Below are positions 1 through 10,564 of a stretch of DNA of 64,000 bases, piece after piece. The position numbers and the translations under genes are program-made. The stretch is from IMG/VR virus record IMGVR_UViG_3300020186_000013, positions 124,001 to 188,000 of that record. The stretch is one strand, 5' to 3'. Position 1 is the stretch's first letter, and every line of letters begins with the position of its first letter. A model generated the notes under the pieces. It did not search any database and was not told the origin of the DNA. It worked only from the letters and a program-made list of their open reading frames with translations.

Positions 1-510
1 GACACCCTTGGTCTCGATGTCGGGCGTCTGCCCGGTCGGCTGAGGGTTCAGCGGGCTATCGACGTGATCGTCGGCAGCGGAGCCGGCCGTCTGGACGGCA
101 CCCTCGGCCTTCTTGAGGCGGGCCTTCTTGTCGCGACCCTTCTTCTCGTCCGACTCGTCGGAGTCCGACGACTCGGCCTTGAGGTCCTGCTCGACCTTCT
201 TCATGAAGGGGTTCTCGGCCTTCTTGGAGAACTGGCCCAGGAACGCCGACGCCGTCTTGGCTTTCGCCTCGGCGGTGCTGTCGACGCTGATGGCACCCTG
301 CTCTTCCTTGACGTCCTTTTCGTTCTCCTTGGAACGAGCACCAGTCTGTGCGACTTCGGTGCGGTCGTCGACGTTTTTGACGGGGTGCTCGGTCTCACCG
401 CCGATGGAGCCCGCTTCGGTGTGGGCCTCCTCGGCTGACTTGGTGTGACCGACGCGGCTGAGAAACGATTCGATGGTGGCCATCGAACTCTGTGCGGATT
501 TGGTTGCCAT
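1..510 (-). CDS. Partial ORF (runs off the window start); charged low-complexity protein, possible scaffold or internal head protein
   Basis: Not in the ORF track. ATG at 510 with AAGGAG RBS, open to base 1 (MATKSAQSSMATIESFLSRVGHTKSAEEAH...); several K-x-A motifs; directly downstream of the putative prohead protease. Confidence 0.7.
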   Translation of the reverse strand, partial: MATKSAQSSMATIESFLSRVGHTKSAEEAHTEAGSIGGETEHPVKNVDDRTEVAQTGARSKENEKDVKEEQGAISVDSTAEAKAKTASAFLGQFSKKAENPFMKKVEQDLKAESSDSDESDEKKGRDKKARLKKAEGAVQTAGSAADDHVDSPLNPQPTGQTPDIETKGV

Positions 511-595
511 AGCTGGCAGCACTCCTTTGCTTCGGTTACCTGTGTTGGTCCGTATCGCCAGTCCCTGAGCGGACCTCAGCCACCGTTAGGAGGCG

Positions 596-2104
596 TCAGA
601 TCACCTGATTCTGGACGATACCCAGTCTCGCTGTCAACATGAACTCGTCGTCGAACGCCGCGATGCGTTGCAACGCCGCGACCTTGTAAAGGGCGTACGC
701 CCTCGCGAGTTCTTCCGCCTCGTGCTTGTCCGAGGCGGACTTCTCGCTCCAGATTCCAGTTTCTAGAACTGGCATCCGGTAGGACCGGATCGAGGCGAGC
801 TGGCAGCGGTGGTCGACCGCCGCCTTCTCCAAGGACAGCCCGTCCCGGATTTGCAACACCCAGCGGCGAAGCTGGGCCGATGCGGTTTTGGTGGAGAGAG
901 CAAACGGATTGTTCGTCAGCCGCCGCTCCAAGGACCCGTCAGTAATCATTCGCCCGTAAACGCCACGCAACGCCGCCGCTGCGGGGGCCACGAACTCGGC
1001 CTTCTTGGTGAGCTTCGCGAATTCGCGGAGCGGCAGGATGACCTTCTCGACCGCGAGTGCAGCCAGGGCCTCGGCACACTTCTGCGTGCCGGGTTCGCCC
1101 AGCATCGCAGGATCGACTTTTCCTTGCAACCGGTCGTCGAAGGCGAGCTTGTAGATGTCGTGTACCTGGCGGCGGTCCATGGTCCGCTCCAAGTGGTCGA
1201 GCCCTGCGGCCAGCTTCACCTGTTGGTCAACGTCCGTGGGGTTCATCCGGGAGAAGTAGTCGTCGGCCATCATGACAGCCAGGGGAGCAGAAACGCCCAG
1301 GTCCTCGGCCACCTTGCTGCTGTACGCCCCGTAGGTGCCGTCCCAGCGATCGGACGCAGCCTTGGTGAGGTAGTCCGCCCGATTAGCGTACGCGATGCGG
1401 TCCGCCGGACGGAAGACGTTACTCATGTCGAACCACGTCGGGCGGGGGTTGTCGACGTGCAGCTGGTGGACGTCGTTGCCGACCTTCACCAGGCGGCTCA
1501 GGTTGTCCTTGCACCCGCCGGCCTTGCAGCTGGCTTCTTTGCAGTAGTCGTCGCGGGTCCTGGCCTGATTGCCGCACCACGAGCACGTGTCGTACGGGAC
1601 GCGGCACGCCATCGACACGGCGATGTCCTCGCCACGTGCCAGCTTCTCCATCTCCTTGTCGGCGACCAGCCCGCCGTTGCGTTCCGCCGCCGACTTCTCC
1701 TTGTTCAGGAACGCCAGCAACTCGACGCGACGCATGGTCTCGTTGTACGCGGACTTCTTGATGATCCCGTACGACGCCTGGGGGTCCTTGTTCTTGTGGT
1801 TCCGATACCACCGGGCGAACTTCTCGAACGTGTTGTGGTACTCGCGGCAGGTGGCCTCCTTGAAGCCGTCGCCGTTGCGGTTGGGGCCGTACGCCTCAGT
1901 CGCCCCGTGGGACAAGACGTGGACAGGCTCCTCGTCCTTCGCCGCCTTGATGTTGTCGATGACATCGAGAAAGGCGTGGGACGCCCGCTTGACGAAGTCC
2001 GAGCGGTCGTTGCCGATGAGGCCACGACTGCCGATCTTAATCATGGACACGACGGGACCGTCGAAGTCCCAACCGTGCGGGCTGATAATCTTAACCATTC
2101 CCAT
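596..2104 (-). CDS. Putative prohead (capsid maturation) protease
   Basis: 502 aa. Motifs GPNRNGDGF, YRNH and VSMACRVPYDTCSWCGN resemble large-phage head maturation proteases (by recall); C-terminal half is rich in K-x-A. Confidence 0.6.
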   Translation of the reverse strand: MGMVKIISPHGWDFDGPVVSMIKIGSRGLIGNDRSDFVKRASHAFLDVIDNIKAAKDEEPVHVLSHGATEAYGPNRNGDGFKEATCREYHNTFEKFARWYRNHKNKDPQASYGIIKKSAYNETMRRVELLAFLNKEKSAAERNGGLVADKEMEKLARGEDIAVSMACRVPYDTCSWCGNQARTRDDYCKEASCKAGGCKDNLSRLVKVGNDVHQLHVDNPRPTWFDMSNVFRPADRIAYANRADYLTKAASDRWDGTYGAYSSKVAEDLGVSAPLAVMMADDYFSRMNPTDVDQQVKLAAGLDHLERTMDRRQVHDIYKLAFDDRLQGKVDPAMLGEPGTQKCAEALAALAVEKVILPLREFAKLTKKAEFVAPAAAALRGVYGRMITDGSLERRLTNNPFALSTKTASAQLRRWVLQIRDGLSLEKAAVDHRCQLASIRSYRMPVLETGIWSEKSASDKHEAEELARAYALYKVAALQRIAAFDDEFMLTARLGIVQNQVI

Positions 2105-2115
2105 TGCCTGTCTCC

Positions 2116-3402
2116 TTACTTGCCGGCGGGCACGAGCGGCTTGAGACCGCCCTCGGCTCGCATCTTCTTGAACATCTCTGCCATGGTCTCGTGGCGGACC
2201 TTGTCCTCGGTGGCTCCGCGTCCGAGGTAGCCGGCGGCGTCCAGGGCCATGGGTAAGCCGTACCCGAACACCCGTGCCGGCGTCGACAGGCCCTTGTTCA
2301 TCACATTCTTTTCGCGAAGAGCCCTAAACCCGATTGTGTTGACGTGCCGTACATCGGCCTTCGACATGGTTGCCGGGAGGCCCGGTGCCGACTTGGCGTG
2401 GCTCTTGATCAGAGCGTCCAGTTTTTTCAACGTGCCGGCTGACGCTGGGCCACTGGTCTGCACTTTGTCGCGGAACGCTTTCACGGCGTCTGGAACACCA
2501 GGGGTTGGCGGGGGCGTGAAGTTGTGTACGACCTTATCACCGCTCAAACCGCCCTTGCTGAATAAGTCACGAATGCCGCCGAACCACCGCCCGCCGCCGA
2601 ACAGACCCTGGTTGGTGTTCTGAAGGAGCTTAGCCCGCTCAACGGCGGCGTCTGGTCCGCCCATGAGGTTCTTGATCATCGCTTGCCGCTCAGGCGTGGC
2701 GAACATGGGATGGTCTTTACCGATCTGTTCTAGCCCGGTCATAAACATACGCGGATCGCGGCCCATACCGCGAGCGTTCTGATACATGGTCTTGATATCG
2801 TGCAGGCCCAAGAGCCCGCCACCGTACAACGAGAACGGGGCATTTTCAGCCAGCGTACTCTTGACGCCCCTGACCACGTTCAGAGCCTTTTCCGGCACCG
2901 TCGGCTTACTTGCCGCCTCGATCTTGGCGACCATGTCCGGATGATCAGCGACGTACTTCGGATCGATCGAGAACTTCTTTCCGGTCGTCAGGTCGGTGAA
3001 GACGCCAGGACCGTCGGTCGGCACCTTCGGACCGCCGCCGCCCATGCTCGGCCAGTATTTCTGAGCCGCCCCGATGCCGCCACCCAAGGCACCGCCGGCC
3101 AGGGCACCGGTCAAGGCACTGCCGAGCATGCCCTTACGCTTGCTCTCGGGCGTGCCGTCCTGGTTGCCCATGTAGTGACTGGCCCCGCCGGCCAACGCTC
3201 CGACGCCCCCGCCGAGAAGGGCCTTGCCGACGATCGGGTCCTTGGCGACGTCCCCCACCGAGGTCATGATGTCGGACAAGCCGAGGGCCTTTTTCTCGGT
3301 CCACGTGTGGCCCTCGGTGCGTACCTTCGCCGCCCGCTCGGCGAGGTAATCGACCGCTTGCTTGAGGGTGCCGTCAACCAAGAAGTCCAGAGGGAGCGTC
3401 AT
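2116..3402 (-). CDS. Hypothetical Gly-rich virion-like protein
   Basis: 428 aa; glycine-zipper segments (ALLGGGVGALAGGA); EKKA motif near the N-terminus. Confidence 0.7.
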   Translation of the reverse strand: MTLPLDFLVDGTLKQAVDYLAERAAKVRTEGHTWTEKKALGLSDIMTSVGDVAKDPIVGKALLGGGVGALAGGASHYMGNQDGTPESKRKGMLGSALTGALAGGALGGGIGAAQKYWPSMGGGGPKVPTDGPGVFTDLTTGKKFSIDPKYVADHPDMVAKIEAASKPTVPEKALNVVRGVKSTLAENAPFSLYGGGLLGLHDIKTMYQNARGMGRDPRMFMTGLEQIGKDHPMFATPERQAMIKNLMGGPDAAVERAKLLQNTNQGLFGGGRWFGGIRDLFSKGGLSGDKVVHNFTPPPTPGVPDAVKAFRDKVQTSGPASAGTLKKLDALIKSHAKSAPGLPATMSKADVRHVNTIGFRALREKNVMNKGLSTPARVFGYGLPMALDAAGYLGRGATEDKVRHETMAEMFKKMRAEGGLKPLVPAGK

Positions 3403-5008
3403 TGAGGATGCTCGTGTTAGGCGTTGAGATCCGGGTCGCCGTGATACCCTTCTCGATGTCGGTCAGTTCCTTCGTCTCGAACGGTTCCGTGTGCCCGGCG
3501 AGACGCTTCCGCAGAAGCGGCTTTAACGCCCCGGCGTGCTCGGCGGTCCGGGGAGCCAGCTGGGCGATTTCGTTGTACGCCGACACGACCTTATCCGGGT
3601 CGTGACCCGAGATGGGGTCGTCGGGGTCGGTCAACATCGAGTTCAGCATGGCGTGAGTCTTGATCTTCCGCAACTCGTTCTGGTGCTGCGGGTCCTCCAG
3701 GTCGAGCCACGCATCCTCGATCAGATCGTTCTTGGTCTTGGGGTACTCGCCCAGGCCGCGACTGATCATCGACCCAATGGCCGAAGTGCTAATCTGGGAG
3801 AGGGCTCGCTTCTCGGCTCCCGGTGTGACCATAGCTTTTGCGGCCTGGTCCTTGATCTCCTCGATCGCCGCCAAGCGGTCTTCGTCCTCCGGGTCCGGCT
3901 CATCGTCTTCGATCGGGCCGCGAGCGGCAGGACCGCCGTGTTCGCCCTGGCCCATGCGGTTGAGGACCACGCCACCGCCGATGTCGCCGGCAGCGATAAC
4001 CCCGGCGTCGATCAGGAGGCTCATCGGGGTGTGGGCAGCTTGCTTGGTCCCGCCCAGCAGGTTCCAGCTACTTGCGGAAGTAGACTGGTTTGGGGCCGTG
4101 GCCCTGCTGGACGGTTCCGCGAAAGGGACGAGGTGTCCCGAAACCTGGTCGAAGTAATCCTGTGCCTCCTTCGCCCACACACGGGCCTGGTTCACGTCCC
4201 GAGCCGCCTTGATGGCGGCGACGACGATCGTGAACGGCTCGTGGTGCAGGTCGAACGCAACCTTCTGGACGGGCGTCTTGTCGGCACCAGGCTCCCGCAA
4301 CTTGGCCCGATCGTACGCCATCTTGCACAGATCGACAGCAAGGGGACCGTAGTACGTCTTGGCGGCGTGTTCGACCTGGGCGTACGGCAGACGGTAGCAC
4401 GCTGCCTGCTTGAGGTACGAGGTCAGGTCGGCCACGTGGTGACGCAGCTTGTCTTCGCAGTCGGCCGCGTGCCGGCGTGACTCATCGGCCGCGTTCTTGG
4501 CTCGCTGGAACTTGCCGTAGTCCCGCTTGAGCACCGTGGCGGCTTCCGGTTTGGGTTTGGACACCGGCAGCACCTTGCCAGCCTTGGCGTCCGCCGCCGC
4601 CTTCTCCATGAGCGGGGTGTCCCGCCGCTGGGCTGCGAGCTTCCGCTCGTCGGGCAGCCACGTCGGCGGGGCGTTGTAGTCGGCGTCGAAGGCGACCTTG
4701 TGCATGGCCTCCTTCTTCGTGTCGACCTTCTCCGGGTAGACGGAGGAGACGATCTTGGCGGGGTCGCACAGCGGGTAGCTGGCGAGCTTGTCGAGGATCG
4801 ACGTGTTGGCCCGCCACTGGCCGAGCTGTCGCCCCGTGTTGTAGGCCCGGCCCAGCATGGTAATCATGCCGGGGCCGAACTGTTCGTCGCGGGCCACCTT
4901 CTCGACCGCCTGGTCGGGACTCATGTTCTTCTGGTCGACGTAGTCCACCGCCGTCTTGATTGCACTCAAGAGGCGGCGTTCGTCGCTGCTGGCAATTTCT
5001 TGTGGCAT
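3374..5008 (-). CDS. Hypothetical protein, probable virion/head component
   Basis: ORF track 3374..5023; GGAGG RBS favours the MPQE start at 5008; many K-x-A motifs. Confidence 0.75.
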   Translation of the reverse strand: MPQEIASSDERRLLSAIKTAVDYVDQKNMSPDQAVEKVARDEQFGPGMITMLGRAYNTGRQLGQWRANTSILDKLASYPLCDPAKIVSSVYPEKVDTKKEAMHKVAFDADYNAPPTWLPDERKLAAQRRDTPLMEKAAADAKAGKVLPVSKPKPEAATVLKRDYGKFQRAKNAADESRRHAADCEDKLRHHVADLTSYLKQAACYRLPYAQVEHAAKTYYGPLAVDLCKMAYDRAKLREPGADKTPVQKVAFDLHHEPFTIVVAAIKAARDVNQARVWAKEAQDYFDQVSGHLVPFAEPSSRATAPNQSTSASSWNLLGGTKQAAHTPMSLLIDAGVIAAGDIGGGVVLNRMGQGEHGGPAARGPIEDDEPDPEDEDRLAAIEEIKDQAAKAMVTPGAEKRALSQISTSAIGSMISRGLGEYPKTKNDLIEDAWLDLEDPQHQNELRKIKTHAMLNSMLTDPDDPISGHDPDKVVSAYNEIAQLAPRTAEHAGALKPLLRKRLAGHTEPFETKELTDIEKGITATRISTPNTSILNDAPSGLLG

Positions 5009-5028
5009 AGGGCGGTCCTCCATAACCG

Positions 5029-6063
5029 CTACTTGGTGTCCGTCGGCAAGGCCCGGACCGGCGACGGCAGTCGCAGGCTCTCCAGGTCGTCCAACCCCTT
5101 CACGTTCAGGCCGGCAGCGAGTGCCCCGACCTCACCGTCCCGAAGTTCAGCCGCCATCTTATCGTAGACCTTCACCTTCGGGCTCAGGAACTCGTTCGTC
5201 TCGTCACCGATCGAGTACACGTTCTCGATCTCGGACATCAGCCCGCCGATGCTCTGCTCGATCTGGTTCTTCTTCTGGTCGAGGGTCTCCTCGGACTTCT
5301 CGATCTCCATCAGCCGGGCGTGGATGCCGAACAACTCAATGACGTTGAACTTGTTGATCTCGAACGTCCGGACCGCCTGGCTGGAGCGGGCACGCAACGT
5401 CGTCGCCCAGTGGTCATCCAGGTACTTCGCCATCTCATCCTGAGAGTTGCAAATCTTCCCCGTCTGGAAACTTTGCAGCATGAACTCCAGCACGATCGGC
5501 CCGGCGAAGTACGCGAACATCTTGATCGAGGCGTCGAGGAAGGGGCGGGCGATGATCTCCTTACTCCACGGCATGACCGGGTTGTCGGCGTCGTGGTGCG
5601 ACGGGACCAGGCCGAAGTTCCTCTGCATCGCCGGAATCAGCACGTTCTTGGTGATGTAGTCCCGGTACTTCAGCCGGTCGCGGACATTGAAGAACAGCTG
5701 CTCGTAATACTCGATCGTGTTGGGGAGGATGCCGGTCGCGTTGTGGATCTGGTCGTTGCTCTGGCCCGCCAGGATGCGGGCCTGGATCATCATCGCGGTG
5801 TCGGACTCCTCCAGCTCCTTCTCGTGGATCTTGTAGGCGTAGAACATGTCGATGTTCCTCGCGAACAGCTCGTCGAGGTGGTCCTCCTGGTCGGGGGCGT
5901 TGTATTTGAGGATGAAGTTACGCCCGTCTCGAACGTACTTGTCGTCCGACCGGCCCGGCCTACGCGGGGTCGGCTTGTGCCCGGCCAGTACGAGTACACG
6001 TTCCCACCGCCAGTCCGGGCGGCGGAAGAAGCTGTACGTCTCCATCGCGTGGTGCAGATTCAT
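5029..6063 (-). CDS. Hypothetical protein
   Basis: Start MNLHH at 6063 overlaps the upstream stop (ATGA); typical GC3-rich codons. Confidence 0.75.
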   Translation of the reverse strand: MNLHHAMETYSFFRRPDWRWERVLVLAGHKPTPRRPGRSDDKYVRDGRNFILKYNAPDQEDHLDELFARNIDMFYAYKIHEKELEESDTAMMIQARILAGQSNDQIHNATGILPNTIEYYEQLFFNVRDRLKYRDYITKNVLIPAMQRNFGLVPSHHDADNPVMPWSKEIIARPFLDASIKMFAYFAGPIVLEFMLQSFQTGKICNSQDEMAKYLDDHWATTLRARSSQAVRTFEINKFNVIELFGIHARLMEIEKSEETLDQKKNQIEQSIGGLMSEIENVYSIGDETNEFLSPKVKVYDKMAAELRDGEVGALAAGLNVKGLDDLESLRLPSPVRALPTDTK

Positions 6064-6542
6064 TGCATGTCCGTCGAGGAACCGATGTTCACGCAGAACT
6101 CCCAGCCGTCGGTCGTCGTGATCACAACCCACAGGACGCGGTTGTTGGCTTGGAGGCGGTCCGAGACGCCGGTGATCGGCGTCTGTTGGAGGGGGTCCTG
6201 GCTGAAAAAATAGTGACCAAAGCCGCCGGGCGACTCATCAGCGTCGTACCGGGCCACGCCGAGTGTCCCGGCGATCGTCGGCTGCACGACAAACAGCTCC
6301 CGCGACAGGGCGTTGCCGTCCGCGTCCGTGACCGGCGTGTTGAAGGCCGCTTCCCGCCGGTTGTAGATGTCGACCGCGAAGCCTCCGACGCCGGGGGAGT
6401 CGGTCCGGCAGATGACGATCTTGTTGAGCAGCACGCGGCTGGGGACCTTGAGGCCAATGATGGCCTTGCCCGAGATGCCGCCGAATTCGGCGTCGCCGAT
6501 GACGATGCCGCCGCGTGGTTCGATTTCGTGGGGGACACCCAT
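6060..6542 (-). CDS. Hypothetical protein (beta-strand-rich, possibly structural)
   Basis: 160 aa; GGAG RBS; coupled to the next gene. Confidence 0.7.
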   Translation of the reverse strand: MGVPHEIEPRGGIVIGDAEFGGISGKAIIGLKVPSRVLLNKIVICRTDSPGVGGFAVDIYNRREAAFNTPVTDADGNALSRELFVVQPTIAGTLGVARYDADESPGGFGHYFFSQDPLQQTPITGVSDRLQANNRVLWVVITTTDGWEFCVNIGSSTDMQ

Positions 6543-6553
6543 TGCACTCTCCG

Positions 6554-9160
6554 TTAGTTACGGGCAGCTTCCTGCACACTCGGGTCGGACGGGTTGGCCA
6601 TGTTACCGAACTGGCCGTCCATACCGCCACCGACTTGCTTCTCCTTGAGGAAGAGGCAGACGTCGCCCATGACCTCGAAGGCGTTGCGGAGGGAGTCTTC
6701 GAGTTCCGGCAAGTCCTGCTTGCCGTAGCGGTCCTCGAACTCCTCTTGGTGCCAGTAGAACATGAACAGGATGCGGCCCAGCTTGTCCAGGGCCTTCATC
6801 AGATCGCCCAGGTAGCGATCGACCAGGCTGTCCTGGCGGACGGCTTTGAGCATCCCCGAGATCATTGCCGTGTCGAAGACCTCTTTCTGGCCCGCCGCCC
6901 CGGCCTCCTGGGCCGTCTGCATCGCCTGCTGGTCGGGCTGGTAGAACGGGTCGTAGATCGTCGGGTCCGTCTTGGCGGACATCAGTTCGGGGGCCTGATG
7001 GAACTCCTCCTGCGGGTAGATCGCGTTGACCTGTCCGTTGCCGACCCGCTCCATGCCTTGCTCGGCCGGCGGGAACGCGGGAGCCCCAGGACCACCCGAC
7101 AACGCAGACTGAGTCGGCCCGCCGAAGCCCTCGGCGTACTTGATGCGGTAGGTCGCGGACCCCTTCTTCTCGGCCTGCCGCATGATGGCACGGGCCGACG
7201 CCTCGTCGGTGCCGTGGTCACGGACCAGGCTGATGAACGCCGCCTTCTTGGTCATCCGGTGCTCGCGGCCATTCGCCTTGACGTACACGTCGCAGCCCCG
7301 GTCGAGGACGCGGATCGCCGCCGTCTTCTCGAACAACATGAGCTGCACGTCGTTGATGTTGCCGGGGTTGATCGGCCGCTCCTCGGTGCCGCTGCCGGGG
7401 TCGGACTCCGACATCGAACAACACGCGAGCAGGCCGTCCTCCTCACGCTTCTTCGGCTTGGGCGGGTCCTTGAGCTTGAAGACCTTGAAGTTCTTGGGCA
7501 CGTTCAGCTCGCCACCGACGGACCGCAGCCCGGACCCTTCACGCGGGTTGATGTGCAACAGGACGTCATACGTCGAGACGTACTCCTCGCCCGACAGCCA
7601 CCGGTTGTTACTGTGCGTCGGCGGCAGCCAGGTCGGGCGATCCTTGCCGTACGAACAGGCGTCCTTGAAGTCGACCCGGTAGGTGTCGTCGTCGACCTTC
7701 TTGCGGACGCGGAACGGCGTGGTGCCCGCCCCGTTCTCGCCAACGGCCAGGTAATGGCCCTCCTGCTCCAGCGTGTCCGAGTCCGATACGCCCTTCCACC
7801 ACTTCTGGAAGTCCGGGCGGTCGGGCTTGGCGTTGGGCTTCACCCACAGGTTGGAGGCGTGGATGTTCACCCAGTTCTTCGGGTCCGACAGGCGGATCAC
7901 GGTGGCCCACTGCTCCCGGCCTCGGTTGGTCTGGGGGTGCATGATGACCAGCATCTCGTCGAACGAGCCCGGCTTCTCTAGGACGTCGAAGACCCCGGTC
8001 TCTCCGGGGTTGGTGAGTTCCATGCGGACCTGGGTGTCGTACACCTGGCTGACGCCCTGGGAGTCCCGCTTGTCCTTGATGAGGACGGTGTCCTTGAGGA
8101 GCTTCTCCCGCTCGTCGGAGTCCAGCTCCTCCTTGTTCTGGGTGAAGCCGCCGGGGGCATCCATGTCGACCTTGTTCTCGGTCGCCCGCTTGCCCATGGC
8201 CCCCGCGAGGGCGTCGTAGACGATGATCTGGAGGGCACCGCTCTTGATCGGGTGCACGGCCGGCAGCGGGTCGGCGACGAGGGACCCGCCAACGCGGCGG
8301 TCGGCCGCGACCTTGGTTCGGACCGGGTCGACCTTCTTGATGAGTGACTTCGCGTCGGCCAACATGTCCTGGCCAAGTTTCAAGAAAAAGTCCCTGCCGT
8401 AGAACTTCTCGAAACCGGCTTTTAGGAGCGGGTGTCGCTGGGTCAACTCGAACGCCCCCTCGGCGAGCTTAATGTTCTCGCCCAAGAACCGCGTCAGAGT
8501 GAGCCGCTCGTCGAGGCCAGCGTGCTTCTGGAAGATCTTGTCGCTCTTGGTCGCGGCGGCACCAGCGAACGCCAAGAACGGGAGAGCCCACTCCTGGATG
8601 CGGGGCCGATAGTGGTCCGAGCCGTACTTCGACGACGTCGGCGGGTGCGACAGGCGATAGATGTCCGGCGGGACACCGCCGAGCTGGTAGGTGTCCTTGG
8701 GCGAAGCCTCGCCCAGGACGTGGGGCTTGCGGGAGATCAGGTAGTTGACCCAGTTCTCCTTCATCGGCACGAAGGCGTCCTGCTTCTTGACGTACAGAAG
8801 CTCGTGGCCTTTCAAGTCGCCGTTCAAAAAGAACACCGGGGCGTAGAGCCACTGGTCGCCGACCTTGAACCCGAAGACGCCCATGGCCTTCGTGTTGTCC
8901 TCGTTCCGGTCGACGAGCTGAAAGCCGATGATGTAGTCGATGAGCCGGGGACTCTTGTCCTTCAGGTAGGCGTAGGCGAGCGAGGAGAAGGCTTGCTCGA
9001 AGCCCGACTCCTGCTCGCCGCCGATGGACGCCTGCTTGATCTTGGTGCGGTCGAGGTCCCGGACGGCCTGACGCAGGGGCGTCTTGGCCGACTTGGACGC
9101 CCAGTACCAGCCCTGGTCCGTGGATCGCTTCTCGAATTTGGTCGTGGCGGTAATGCTCAT
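6554..9160 (-). CDS. Large hypothetical protein, probable virion structural protein
   Basis: About 868 aa from MSITAT (GGAG RBS); strong codon bias; K-x-A motifs (IKQAS, TKVAA, EKTAA, IKYAE). Confidence 0.8.
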   Translation of the reverse strand: MSITATTKFEKRSTDQGWYWASKSAKTPLRQAVRDLDRTKIKQASIGGEQESGFEQAFSSLAYAYLKDKSPRLIDYIIGFQLVDRNEDNTKAMGVFGFKVGDQWLYAPVFFLNGDLKGHELLYVKKQDAFVPMKENWVNYLISRKPHVLGEASPKDTYQLGGVPPDIYRLSHPPTSSKYGSDHYRPRIQEWALPFLAFAGAAATKSDKIFQKHAGLDERLTLTRFLGENIKLAEGAFELTQRHPLLKAGFEKFYGRDFFLKLGQDMLADAKSLIKKVDPVRTKVAADRRVGGSLVADPLPAVHPIKSGALQIIVYDALAGAMGKRATENKVDMDAPGGFTQNKEELDSDEREKLLKDTVLIKDKRDSQGVSQVYDTQVRMELTNPGETGVFDVLEKPGSFDEMLVIMHPQTNRGREQWATVIRLSDPKNWVNIHASNLWVKPNAKPDRPDFQKWWKGVSDSDTLEQEGHYLAVGENGAGTTPFRVRKKVDDDTYRVDFKDACSYGKDRPTWLPPTHSNNRWLSGEEYVSTYDVLLHINPREGSGLRSVGGELNVPKNFKVFKLKDPPKPKKREEDGLLACCSMSESDPGSGTEERPINPGNINDVQLMLFEKTAAIRVLDRGCDVYVKANGREHRMTKKAAFISLVRDHGTDEASARAIMRQAEKKGSATYRIKYAEGFGGPTQSALSGGPGAPAFPPAEQGMERVGNGQVNAIYPQEEFHQAPELMSAKTDPTIYDPFYQPDQQAMQTAQEAGAAGQKEVFDTAMISGMLKAVRQDSLVDRYLGDLMKALDKLGRILFMFYWHQEEFEDRYGKQDLPELEDSLRNAFEVMGDVCLFLKEKQVGGGMDGQFGNMANPSDPSVQEAARN

Positions 9161-9217
9161 GACTCCATCCGTGGATTCGGCTGTGTGTCTGCCATTCCTT
9201 CGGCACCGCACCGATGG

Positions 9218-10510
9218 TCACTGACTTCCGAAGACTCTCTTCGTGACTCGCGAGTAGTCGCCGGACTCTTGGGGGTTCGGCCGCTCGGTGGTCGGAACCG
9301 AGCCGACGGGGTGAACGGTATCGTGGTTCGTAAAGACCCGTTGGTTGGTCTTATTGCCGCCGCTGTGGTCCGCCTTCAGACCCGGCGGTGTGGTGTCCTG
9401 CGGGACCGGCTTCAGCAGGTCGTCGAGGTTCAGCCCAAAGGACTCGGCTTTGATCTGTTGTTGCTTCTGCAACTCGTTCATGTTCGTAGGCGACTGCCCG
9501 TGGAACCGATCAGCCCAGACGTTGTTGGCACCGCCGAGGTTCTGACCGGTCGTCTGAAGTTTCAGCCTGGCATCTTGCATCTTCTTTTGCAACTCGGCCA
9601 TATTGCCGTACTTGCCAGTCTTTAGGCCCGCAACTGCCTCTTCGTGCTGCTGCTTCAGCTGGGCTGCGTACGTCTTCGGGTTGAACCCGGCGTACATCTG
9701 GTCCTTGGTCGGCTGGTACGTACCTGTCTCGACTTGCTGCATCTGATCCGCGAGGTTTTGGATGTGGGCATTGTGGGACTCGGTCAATCGCTGGGCCTCT
9801 TGGTGTGCCCCGGCGTACGTATCAATCGGGTGGTCGCCACGAATGGCGTCGGAGATCTGCCTGCGGCCCGCATACACGCCACCAACAGCCGCAGGGACGC
9901 CGAGACCTACGCCGGCACGACCCAGCCACTTGCCGGACGCGGTCCCCAGCGACGCCGGGGTCGGCATCGTCGGAAGCGAGTTCAGTGAACTCGGAGTCGC
10001 GGCCGGGCTGGGAACCGCCGACCGCGTCACGTTCGGGACCGGCCTTGTCGGTGCGGAGACCGGGCCGGGAACCGCCGACCGCGTCACGTTCGGGACCGGC
10101 CTTGTCGGTGCGGAGACCGGGCCGGTCCCGCCCACCGACGCCCGCGACGACATCGTCGAGGCGGGTGCCGGCACCAGTTTCGGGCCGAGCATACTCTTAA
10201 CGATCGGGGTAGGCGGGATAGGTTGGTTGATCACCCTTCCCCCGACAGCCTGAGTCGGCAGCGTACGCCCCGCAGTCAGCTGCTTCGCCTTGCCGCTGAA
10301 TTTGCCGAATTCCAGCAAGGTATTGCCGGCGTCCCGCAGCGTCCTGGGGTCCAGGCGACCAGCAGCATCTTTCTCCATCAAGACAACGACGGCCGCGATC
10401 TTGGCCATTGACGAGATGGCAGTCAGCGGAGACGGAGAAGCGACCTGGCGATGCCCGCTACGGGCACCGCCGGCCGCTCGTGCCAGTTGTGCGATGACAT
10501 CCATGCCCAT
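9218..10510 (-). CDS. Hypothetical Pro/Gly-rich virion-like protein with an internal duplication
   Basis: GGGAGGGAG RBS before MGMDV; AKIAA and EKDAA motifs; glycine-zipper segment. Confidence 0.65.
   Translation of the reverse strand: MGMDVIAQLARAAGGARSGHRQVASPSPLTAISSMAKIAAVVVLMEKDAAGRLDPRTLRDAGNTLLEFGKFSGKAKQLTAGRTLPTQAVGGRVINQPIPPTPIVKSMLGPKLVPAPASTMSSRASVGGTGPVSAPTRPVPNVTRSAVPGPVSAPTRPVPNVTRSAVPSPAATPSSLNSLPTMPTPASLGTASGKWLGRAGVGLGVPAAVGGVYAGRRQISDAIRGDHPIDTYAGAHQEAQRLTESHNAHIQNLADQMQQVETGTYQPTKDQMYAGFNPKTYAAQLKQQHEEAVAGLKTGKYGNMAELQKKMQDARLKLQTTGQNLGGANNVWADRFHGQSPTNMNELQKQQQIKAESFGLNLDDLLKPVPQDTTPPGLKADHSGGNKTNQRVFTNHDTVHPVGSVPTTERPNPQESGDYSRVTKRVFGSQ
10011..10124. repeat. 57-bp tandem duplication (2 copies), in frame (GPVSAPTRPVPNVTRSAVP x2)
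   Basis: Identical units start at 10011 and 10068. Confidence 0.9.
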
Positions 10511-10564
10511 TGCTGTACTCCCTCCCGCGATTATAACGACAAGTCGTTCCTGCAAACCAGACGA

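Noticed and set aside
10011-10124. Tandem repeats here and at 63827-63957 as CRISPR arrays
   Set aside because: No spacers; unit lengths are multiples of three and lie within coding frames.
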